A DNA stretch of 12,147 nt from Candidatus Bathyarchaeia archaeon. GTDB taxonomy: Archaea; Thermoproteota; Bathyarchaeia; TCS64. Below are positions 1-6,613 of the stretch, in pieces. The position numbers and the translations under genes were made by a program. The number at the start of each line of letters is the position of its first letter. Within the stretch, counting starts at the first letter, position 1. The stretch covers positions 1 through 12,147 of the forward strand of contig JBEKDF010000057.1 in NCBI GenBank assembly GCA_050014495.1, in the 5' to 3' direction. The notes under the pieces are model-generated. The model was not told the DNA's origin, did no database searches, and worked only from the letters and a program-made list of their open reading frames with translations.

Positions 1-50
1 GCTGTGATGGGTGTGGGCTTGTTTTTGCTGTAAGTGAGTGGCTGAGTCAT
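1..50 (-). CDS. possible 5' end of a minus-strand gene running off the left edge (MTQPLTYSKNKPTPIT...)
   Basis: ATG at 50-48 (CAT on +), open to position 1. Only 16 codons are visible and no family is recognisable. Confidence 0.25.
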   Translation of the reverse strand, partial: MTQPLTYSKNKPTPIT

Positions 51-273
51 TTATGTGGTGGTTTTACTCTTTTGTTGGAGGGTTATTTGGGGGTGTCTAT
101 TTTAGGGACAAGCCAGCGCGCATTCGACTGGTTTATGGTAGACCTTTTCATCCACGTATGTGGTTAGGTTTATTCAAAATAAATAGGTATTCGCGTGGAT
201 TGGTAGGTCAAATTATATTTAGTTGCTTGTCGCAGACCCCAATCAGGGCTTGGAGTCACAGAAAACCCGGTGA

Positions 274-948
274 GTGTCCATAGAGGGCCTAGGAAGGATC
301 ATTTACGCGACCACCATGATTACCATCTTTGTATCAATTGCAGTCTACCTACTCATAGCCAACCAGATCATCAGTTCCCCAACGTCGATTTACAGCGTCA
401 GCTTCTCCGGTAATGCGACCCTGAAGGAGGGCGACCTCCTATTCACCTTCGAGCCCACGGTTATCCATGGATTAGGAGGCGACGCGCTCGACTTCAGGCT
501 CACCGCCACCAACTTGGGCAACGAGAATAGTACTTTTTACCATGGTGATCTTGAACCAACTGTGGAAGTCTACTCTGCCGGGACACGGGTCTCCACACTC
601 ACTAAAGCCCGAATCTCGGATACAATTATGTATGAACCTGTGGTGGAGCCCGGCAAAAATTACACGATTGGATGGACATGGAATTTGGATTCCTTCGCCA
701 GTAATCCTTTGAAGCCTGGTGTTTACAGTGTCTCCGCGAAGTGGGGCTCTGGTAAAACTTATACCAGTACTGAAGGGGTGGGGGTTATGATTGACTGGGA
801 GACGCCTGGGGTCCCAATGCAGGTATACTTTGGAGTCCAACCGTTGACTGTCACAGGTCTGATACTTACCGCGATCACCTTGACTCTGATCGTCTTATTA
901 TCCCGTCGAGCTCACGAATCACCAGTTTCTTATTTAAAATCAAAGTAA
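274..948 (+). CDS. membrane-anchored protein with an extracytoplasmic Ig-like beta-sandwich (BsuPI-like) domain
   Basis: 224-aa ORF with an N-terminal hydrophobic helix (IIYATTMITIFVSIAVYLLIA) and a C-terminal one (LTVTGLILTAITLTLIVLL). The centre pattern FRLTATNLG...VEVY...VEPGKNYTIGWTWN...LKPGVYSVSAKW resembles BsuPI/Ig-like domains. GTG start. Confidence 0.7.
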   Translation: MSIEGLGRIIYATTMITIFVSIAVYLLIANQIISSPTSIYSVSFSGNATLKEGDLLFTFEPTVIHGLGGDALDFRLTATNLGNENSTFYHGDLEPTVEVYSAGTRVSTLTKARISDTIMYEPVVEPGKNYTIGWTWNLDSFASNPLKPGVYSVSAKWGSGKTYTSTEGVGVMIDWETPGVPMQVYFGVQPLTVTGLILTAITLTLIVLLSRRAHESPVSYLKSK

Positions 949-970
949 ATTACAAATAAGGGGTAGATCT

Positions 971-1096
971 ATGGATAGGGATGCTGATGCAATTAAGAAC
1001 CTGAAGACTAATCGAAGCATGCTAATTGCCGGCATAACTCTTCTAATCATCGGAATTCTACCATTCTTCCTCGAAATACGCGCGCACTACATCTAA
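971..1096 (+). CDS. small single-TM membrane peptide or truncated membrane-protein gene (41 aa), absent from the ORF track
   Basis: ATG971...TAA1096 translates as MDRDADAIKNLKTNRSMLIAGITLLIIGILPFFLEIRAHYI. It has one clean ~18-aa hydrophobic helix after a charged N-terminus, begins 22 nt after the upstream stop, and follows purine-rich AAGGGGT. Confidence 0.5.
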   Translation: MDRDADAIKNLKTNRSMLIAGITLLIIGILPFFLEIRAHYI

Positions 1097-1148
1097 AGAA
1101 CTAAACGCGCACGATTTCACAAGATCGCTTGTTCTCCTTGTTAAAATG

Positions 1149-1173
1149 TTTAAATTTGTGGGATAATAAGGAG
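1149..1173 (+). promoter_or_regulatory. putative TATA box (TTTAAA 1149-1154) and Shine-Dalgarno (AGGAG 1169-1173) for the ADH-nitroreductase unit
   Basis: TTTAAA lies ~27 nt before ATG1181 and AGGAG lies 7 nt before it. Confidence 0.5.
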
Positions 1174-1180
1174 AAAACAG

Positions 1181-2209
1181 ATGATTTTTATGCCTCTTAT
1201 GAAGACGATTCAGGTTAGTGCTCCCGGAGCAGAATTCGAACTGGTCCAAAAAGAGATCCCCGAGCCAGGTGCCCATGAAGTTCTCTTAAAGGTTGAGGCC
1301 TGTGGGGTATGCCACGGGGATGCGATCGTAAAACAGGGACATTACCCAGGTTTGGAGTACCCGAGGACTCCAGGTCACGAAGTTGTCGGCACCATAGCTA
1401 AACTTGGCTCCAAGTCGGGATACTGGCAAACAGGTCAGAGGGTTAGCGTGGGTTGGCGGGGCGGATACTGCCTACGCTGCAGGTCTTGCCTGAGGGGGGA
1501 GTACTGGGCCTGTGAAAGCCCGCTGGCTACTGGAATCTCAACCGACGGTGGTTACGCGGAGTACATGTTAGCCCGCATGGAGGTCCTCACCGCCATACCC
1601 GATAAACTCAGCTCAGTCGAGGCCGCTCCCTTACTCTGCGCTGGTGCGACCGCCCTCGGCGCTCTGAAGAGCAGCTCCGCTAAGGGAGGCGATCTAATCG
1701 CGGTTCAAGGCTTCGGAGGATTGGGCCACCTGGCGCTGCAGTTCGCGGACAAGCTCGGACTGAAAACTGCAGTGATATCCCGCGGCAGAGAGAAGGAGGC
1801 GCTTGCCCGCGGGCTCGGCGCCCAGGTCTTCATCGACACAAACACCTCTAACGCTGCGGATGAACTGATGAAGCTCGGCGGGGCACGCGCCATCTTCTGC
1901 ACGGCCCCGAATAGCAGGGCCATCGCTGAACTCGTTGGCGGGCTCGCCCGTAATGGCCAACTGATCATAATAGCATTCTCTGATGAACCCATGCAGATCT
2001 CGCCTGCAATGCTGATGCGTGGGGTACGGTCCGTGAGCGGCTGGGTTGGGGGAAACACAGCCGACACGCTGAACTTCAGCGTCCAAACACACGTAGTGCC
2101 CCTGGTGGAGGTCTTCCCGCTTGAGCAGGCGGCGATCGCATACGAGAGGATGATGACCGCTAAGGTTCATTTCCGAGCGGTCCTGAAGGTGGGTGATGAT
2201 CAGCCATGA
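1181..2209 (+). CDS. zinc-dependent alcohol dehydrogenase (MDR superfamily, AdhP/CAD-like)
   Basis: Catalytic Zn motifs GVCHGD and PGHEVVG; structural Zn C-x2-C-x2-C-x7-C (CLRCRSCLRGEYWAC); APLLCAG; Rossmann GFGGLG; C-terminal FRAVL. The start could be ATG1190 or 1199. Confidence 0.95.
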   Translation: MIFMPLMKTIQVSAPGAEFELVQKEIPEPGAHEVLLKVEACGVCHGDAIVKQGHYPGLEYPRTPGHEVVGTIAKLGSKSGYWQTGQRVSVGWRGGYCLRCRSCLRGEYWACESPLATGISTDGGYAEYMLARMEVLTAIPDKLSSVEAAPLLCAGATALGALKSSSAKGGDLIAVQGFGGLGHLALQFADKLGLKTAVISRGREKEALARGLGAQVFIDTNTSNAADELMKLGGARAIFCTAPNSRAIAELVGGLARNGQLIIIAFSDEPMQISPAMLMRGVRSVSGWVGGNTADTLNFSVQTHVVPLVEVFPLEQAAIAYERMMTAKVHFRAVLKVGDDQP

Positions 2210-2919
2210 GTGATATATTGAGAACTATCCGGGAAAGACAATCTGTAAGAGCACCCTTCGATCCGAACCGACCAATGTCTAAGGAGGATCTGAAGCAGAT
2301 TCTGGAGGCGGCGAGCTGGGCGCCTACCGCACACAACATGCAGAACTTCGAAGTAGTGGTCGTCGACGACAAAGCGGTTCTGGAAAAGATAGGAAGCGTC
2401 AAGTCACGGATCTCGGAGGAGTTTCTACGTGAAAACTACGAGCAATTATCCTTCTCCAAGGAGGAATTGATGAAGAAGAAAACTGGGATTCTGGGTATTA
2501 TGTTCCCACCGGAGTGGGTAGATCCGGCGAAGATGGCGGAGATTGCCCGCGAAACCAAGCCTACCCCGATATTCCAGTCTATTCGGGGAAGCCCGACTCT
2601 CCTATTTGTGATATACGACTCGAGGAAGAGGGCACCAGCATCCCGGGGAGACGTTCTCGGCTTCATCAGCCTAGGCTGCGTCATGGAGAACATGTGGCTA
2701 ATGGCTCAGGCGCTGGGTGTCAGCCTCCAGATTCTAAGCTCCTTCTCCGCCCCCCCTGTGGAGATGAAAATAAAGAAAATCCTCGGCGTCCCCGAATACC
2801 TGGAGATAGCCTTCACCTGCCGCTTAGGGTATCCGAAGGAACCAGCCCCATACCTCAGAGTACGACGCGACGTTGAGGACTTCGTGCACCACAACAGGTT
2901 AGGAAAGAAGGGATTCTGA
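2206..2919 (+). CDS. nitroreductase family (FMN-dependent) protein
   Basis: FMN-binding RERQSVR and AASWAPTAHNMQ motifs; LGCVMENMWLMAQALGV; RLGYP. ATGA overlap with the ADH stop indicates translational coupling. Confidence 0.93.
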   Translation: MSDILRTIRERQSVRAPFDPNRPMSKEDLKQILEAASWAPTAHNMQNFEVVVVDDKAVLEKIGSVKSRISEEFLRENYEQLSFSKEELMKKKTGILGIMFPPEWVDPAKMAEIARETKPTPIFQSIRGSPTLLFVIYDSRKRAPASRGDVLGFISLGCVMENMWLMAQALGVSLQILSSFSAPPVEMKIKKILGVPEYLEIAFTCRLGYPKEPAPYLRVRRDVEDFVHHNRLGKKGF

Positions 2920-3058
2920 GGAATAGCGCATATAGCGTGCCATCGGGGAGTTATTCCGGGCATCTCGTCGCCTTTGATGCCGTAGCCTCCTAAACCCCTC
3001 CTTCAATCGGCGTCCGCTGTGGTAGCGCGCGCAGTAGATTCTTTAATAGTCCCTACTG

Positions 3059-3325
3059 TTGGGTAACCTGTGTGTCAATTTGAGTAGTAATTTGAGAAAA
3101 TTTACGCTAGAAGAGCTGAAACACTACGATGGCCAAAACGGGAAGCCGGCATACATTGCCTATAAGGGAAAAGTGTACGATGTCACCGACAATTACACCT
3201 GGGGGGATGGGAAACACTACGGTGAACATCAGGCGGGACAAGACATCACCGAAGGAATGTCTGACGCCCCGCATGGAGAAGATAAGCTCGAAACAACAAT
3301 TCTAGTCGGTGAAATCACCGACTAA
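3059..3325 (+). CDS. cytochrome b5-like heme/steroid-binding domain protein
   Basis: FTLEELKHYDG...AYIAYKGKVYDVT...W..GKHYGEHQAGQDIT...APHG is the prokaryotic b5-like signature with candidate His ligands. The true start is probably TTG3080 or TTG3092, given the TATA-like TTTAATA at 3042-3048. Confidence 0.92.
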   Translation: MGNLCVNLSSNLRKFTLEELKHYDGQNGKPAYIAYKGKVYDVTDNYTWGDGKHYGEHQAGQDITEGMSDAPHGEDKLETTILVGEITD

Positions 3326-3390
3326 AACATCCTCACGATCCTGCATATAGTGCGTGTTCCACCTGAGAAGTCTGGGATTTCGCGCCAGGT

Positions 3391-3855
3391 TCACTCATCT
3401 AATCTCGCCCCAAGCTCCTCCGCCCAAGCCTCAACATTGGATACGCCAGTGGGGGACTCGAAGGTGCGACCAAATATCTTGAACCTGCCTCCGAGCAAAG
3501 TAGATGCTACGAGCTTAAGATTTGGGCGCTTCTCCAACGTCTTCTTTATGTATTTCTCCTCGGCTAAGGGTCGAGCCTTCTCATCAACCTCCATCGTCGA
3601 GATGAAGAAGGCAACCTTCCTGTCCCCAAAGTCATGATCCAGAAACTTAAGAGCCTCCCCGTAGATTCTCCCAGCCCTCACGCCGCCGCCGACAACGATG
3701 TTCCGGTACTTGGATACATCGGGTTTATGGTTCTTACGGAGGTCGACAACATCTACCTCCAGTCCATATTTCTCCTTCAGTACACGCGCAATTGTGTTCG
3801 CCGACTCCCTTGTGACGCCTCCCCTCGTGGAGTATGCGATTAGTGTCTTAGCCAA
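3391..3855 (-). CDS. flavodoxin-domain protein (HemG-like / Flavodoxin_5 type)
   Basis: N-terminal phosphate loop IAYSTRGGVTRESA; VVGGGVRAGR; KVAFF; C-terminal VEAWAEEL. TTG start with GTGAAGGT upstream. Confidence 0.88.
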   Translation of the reverse strand: MAKTLIAYSTRGGVTRESANTIARVLKEKYGLEVDVVDLRKNHKPDVSKYRNIVVGGGVRAGRIYGEALKFLDHDFGDRKVAFFISTMEVDEKARPLAEEKYIKKTLEKRPNLKLVASTLLGGRFKIFGRTFESPTGVSNVEAWAEELGARLDE

Positions 3856-4005
3856 TGACCTTCACTGAGGCTCAGGCGGCTCTAAGCTATTTGATTGTTG
3901 TTTCACCTAATTTTCCCACATATCCGTTAGGGTGCGTGTTTAATCTTCATTTAGATGTGCGCTTGTCCGTAGAGCATTCTCACCGCGTTGGATTCTTCGC
4001 CTATC

Positions 4006-5241
4006 TCATACTTTTACCCGATTACGCGGCTCGGGAACAAATACCTGTATGAACCCCAGCGTCACCACGCAGAAGGCCGCCGCCAAGTAGAAGACCAAGT
4101 TGAATCCATAGGCGTCGATTATGAAGCCACTGAAGAGGCTACCTAAAGTTGAGCTCTGCTGAGAGATCGCGGATTGGATACCCAGCCCGAACCCACGCAT
4201 CGACGGACTTAGGAGGTCCGCCATCAACGTAGTCATAGCGGTCATCGTCAGGGCCCAGGTTATACCATATAATAAATTGAGGGCGACCATCCAGAGGAAG
4301 CCCCCGGGGATAGTAAACCCAATGAGATCAATGATGCTCAAGAAGACGCCGAGAAGGACCGCAATCTTACTACCCGACTTATCCACGAGTATCCCCGCGA
4401 GGGGTGAGAAGATGATAGTGGTCAGGGCCCTCGTAGCGAACACGTAGCTCACCTGGGATAGGTCGATGTGGATGACATCCTCCAAGAAGAGGCTCATGAA
4501 GGGGTCAATCATCGTGAGACCCGTCCTGTAAATTAGGACAGCCACGAGGAAAACGCCGACGACGACTCCGAGGCCTCTAACAGATTTTATGAAGCCGGGC
4601 ACATCGATTTTGAAGCCCTTGGAAGCGTTCTTCTCGGAGAGCATCTTCTCCTTCTGCAGCGTCTCCTTAACGAATATCAACATCATAACCGCGCTGACGG
4701 CGACGAAGCCACCTGAGAAGAGGAAGTAGGTAGAGTAGTCGTTTCCGTTGATAAGGAGCGGCGATATCAGGGGGCCGATCAGGGAGCCTATACCGCCTGC
4801 AGCACTAAATAGGCCCATCGCTTTGCCTCTTTCACCAGGCGGGAAGATGTCGGCCGCCATGGTGGTCACCATCACCGGCATGATGTAGAAACCGATGCCC
4901 GCGATGAACCTCGAGATCATGAGTGCGCTGAAGCTGTTACCGACGGAATTAAAGATGAAGAAGACAATCGTGTATAATAGAGTCCCTAGAACAAGTATTT
5001 TCTTGCGACCAAATCGATTGGACAGTAGGCCAGCGGCTACACTGCTCAGGATCCCCGCGAACGTTCCAATGGAGATTAGTAGCCCGCTCTCACCCTTGGT
5101 CAAGCCGATGGCGGCGAAGAACAGTGGGAAGACCATGTAGATGGTTGACGCGGTTATCTGCATGGAGATGGTGGAGATGATGATGAAGTAGTAGTTCCTT
5201 CTCTGTTGAGGGGATACAGTTGTTTCACCCATGAGATACAT
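4006..5241 (-). CDS. major facilitator superfamily (MFS) transporter
   Basis: 411 aa with about 12 hydrophobic segments in two halves; motif A GLLSNRFGRK and its repeat GILVDKSGSK; RFIAGIG; ERGKAMG...GSLIGPLI. The start may be ATG5232. Confidence 0.95.
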   Translation of the reverse strand: MYLMGETTVSPQQRRNYYFIIISTISMQITASTIYMVFPLFFAAIGLTKGESGLLISIGTFAGILSSVAAGLLSNRFGRKKILVLGTLLYTIVFFIFNSVGNSFSALMISRFIAGIGFYIMPVMVTTMAADIFPPGERGKAMGLFSAAGGIGSLIGPLISPLLINGNDYSTYFLFSGGFVAVSAVMMLIFVKETLQKEKMLSEKNASKGFKIDVPGFIKSVRGLGVVVGVFLVAVLIYRTGLTMIDPFMSLFLEDVIHIDLSQVSYVFATRALTTIIFSPLAGILVDKSGSKIAVLLGVFLSIIDLIGFTIPGGFLWMVALNLLYGITWALTMTAMTTLMADLLSPSMRGFGLGIQSAISQQSSTLGSLFSGFIIDAYGFNLVFYLAAAFCVVTLGFIQVFVPEPRNRVKV

Positions 5242-5272
5242 CCTAGCTACAATGAGATAGGAACGGCAGTGC

Positions 5273-5329
5273 TCAATGATGATATTAATTTTTCGTCAAA
5301 GAACAAATTGAAGTAAATATCATCATTGA
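5273..5329. promoter_or_regulatory. perfect 14-bp inverted repeat (TCAATGATGATATT / AATATCATCATTGA, 29-nt spacer) in the divergent MFS-ridA promoter region
   Basis: 5273-5286 and 5316-5329 are exact reverse complements. Each arm overlaps an outward-facing TATA-like element (minus: CGAAAAATTAATA; plus: GAAGTAAATA). Confidence 0.7.
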
Positions 5330-5413
5330 ATAAATTCAAGATCTTCGAGGGGCGTAGCTTCCGTGCTCAGGAATTATCATTAATGCGTGAGCTGGATTAG
5401 TAGAAGGATAGAA

Positions 5414-5770
5414 ATGACTGAACTGAAAAGAGTCACCACCCCTATAGCTACTCAAAGGCGGTCGCTGTGGGAGACCTCATATTCCTCGGACTACACCGTG
5501 GCAATAGTGACGACTTCATTAAACAATTCGATGATGCCATGAGAAACGTAGCTGAGACACTAGCAAAATTCAATCTCCCGCTGACCAATCTCACAAAAGT
5601 GAAATATATGGCTTAGAAACATCAACGATCTCCCTGAGATAGAAAAGCGTTTCAATAACTACTTTGATAAGGATGCGTTCCCCGCGAGGATGACATCTAC
5701 GACAGAGTTCATCAATAAAGACTGCCTTCTAATGATTGATGGCGTAGCTTATCGAAAGCAGACATCCTAG
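5414..5770 (+). pseudogene. RidA/YjgF/UK114-family protein interrupted by two compensating single-base frameshifts (pseudogene or sequencing error)
   Basis: Adding one base at CCCC 5439-5442 and removing one A at 5602-5604 gives a 118-aa protein: MTELKRVTTPYSYSKAVAVGDLIFLGLHRG...LTKVNIWLRNINDLPEIEKRFNNYFDKDAFPARMTSTTEFINKDCLLMIDGVAYRKQTS. It has the Rid motifs YS.AV..GD..F, KV.I.L, F...FPAR and the terminal .IDGVA. SD-like AAGGA upstream. As read, stops fall at 5540-5542 and 5614-5616. Confidence 0.85.
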
Positions 5771-5847
5771 TCACTTCCATTATCCATCTTACCCTCTGTT
5801 TCCCAGTAACGACGCTGGTGTGCGCGCGCTATTCACGATGTGCACGC

Positions 5848-5870
5848 CTTGATTCTCAAATGAATCATGT
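5848..5870. repeat. dyad site copy A: CTTGATTCT-CAAAT-GAATCATGT
   Basis: 19/23 identical direct repeat of 6545-6567; core palindrome TGATTC-N6-GAATCA; lies 35 nt beyond the HTH-CBS stop codon. Confidence 0.75.
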
Positions 5871-5905
5871 AATGTTGCGCATGCGCATCACGGCCCGCTG
5901 CGAGC

Positions 5906-6565
5906 CTAATTCACAATCAGCTTCAACAAATCCGACCTCGTGATGATGCCCCTCACCTCCCCCAAATCGCTCCTAAGCAAGATAGCGTAGAAATGGACCA
6001 ACATCTGAGCGACAACGATCAACGACTCATCATCCGGGCAATCCACAATACCTTCGATCAACCCAGAGTCCCGAATCAGTATCGACCTTATCTTAGAACG
6101 ATCTTCACAAAGAGGCTCCCTGGGAGATGGCAGAAGCATCTTCAGAATCCCTAAATCAGTCACCACACCAATCCAATTACCATTGGCCCTGCTCTTAATC
6201 GGAATCTGACTGAAACCAGGCCCCATCATCTTAACAACCAGCCCACCAATCGACTCATCATCGTAAGCGAAAACCAGATCCTCACCAGTCGTCGCATAAT
6301 CAATTGCTCTCAAATCAGTTGGAATCAGAGACCTCTTCTGTAGAAGATACTGAACAATTTTCTGCACCTCATTATACTTGAATTCCCTACCAACCTTTAG
6401 GCTCCTAGATATGAGTGGCTGAGGAATGTCTAACTCATCCTCCAAACTTCGCTGAGATATCCCCAACTCACGCATCTTCTCATCGATAAGCTTCGTAAGT
6501 TTTTCTTCCGGAATTAATGGGAATAATTCCTCCATAATCATCATCTTGATTCTATCAAGAATCAT
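5906..6565 (-). CDS. transcriptional regulator with N-terminal XRE/Cro-type HTH and a C-terminal CBS-domain pair (archaeal COG3620-like architecture)
   Basis: HTH: KMRELGISQRSLEDELDIPQPLISRSL. CBS1: LVFAYDDESIGGLVVKMMGPGFSQIPI...WIGVVTDLGIL. CBS2: PDDESLIVVAQML...VRGIITRSDLLK. The true start is more likely ATG6544, 6541 or 6535. Confidence 0.88.
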   Translation of the reverse strand: MILDRIKMMIMEELFPLIPEEKLTKLIDEKMRELGISQRSLEDELDIPQPLISRSLKVGREFKYNEVQKIVQYLLQKRSLIPTDLRAIDYATTGEDLVFAYDDESIGGLVVKMMGPGFSQIPIKSRANGNWIGVVTDLGILKMLLPSPREPLCEDRSKIRSILIRDSGLIEGIVDCPDDESLIVVAQMLVHFYAILLRSDLGEVRGIITRSDLLKLIVN

Positions 6566-6567
6566 GT
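6545..6567. promoter_or_regulatory. dyad site copy B: CTTGATTCT-ATCAA-GAATCATGT, candidate autoregulatory operator
   Basis: Contains TGATTCT-N4-AGAATCA and an overlapping TCTTGAT-N3-ATCAAGA (6544-6560). It sits between a minus-strand TATA-like TAATAT (6574-6569) and the probable HTH-CBS start codons. Confidence 0.7.
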
Positions 6568-6613
6568 GATATTAGAGTATTACCTCAAGCATCATTCATA
6601 AGAGTGAGGAGCA

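Noticed and set aside
152..183. Short dyads CCAC-N4-GTGG and TTTATT-N3-AATAAA
   Set aside because: Too short or AT-only to distinguish from background.
38..283. 81-aa plus-strand ORF
   Set aside because: Runs through a G/T-skewed, promoter-like region with TATA-like TTATAT at 213-218. No recognisable domain, and it conflicts with a possible minus-strand start at 50.
1694..2963. Several antisense or alternate-frame ORFs over ADH and nitroreductase, and similar ones over other genes
   Set aside because: They fully overlap confidently identified genes and have shadow-ORF composition.
2959..2981. GGCATC-N11-GATGCC hairpin after the nitroreductase gene as a terminator
   Set aside because: Six-bp stem, large loop and no U-tract; could be chance.
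5876..5887. TGCGCATGCGCA equals the eukaryotic NRF1 consensus
   Set aside because: Prokaryotic context makes this coincidental. Kept only as an alternating purine/pyrimidine palindrome.
6564..6574. TGATATTA shared between the HTH-CBS promoter and the MFS inverted-repeat arm
   Set aside because: An 8-nt AT-rich match that largely coincides with the TATA-like element; insufficient to claim a shared operator.
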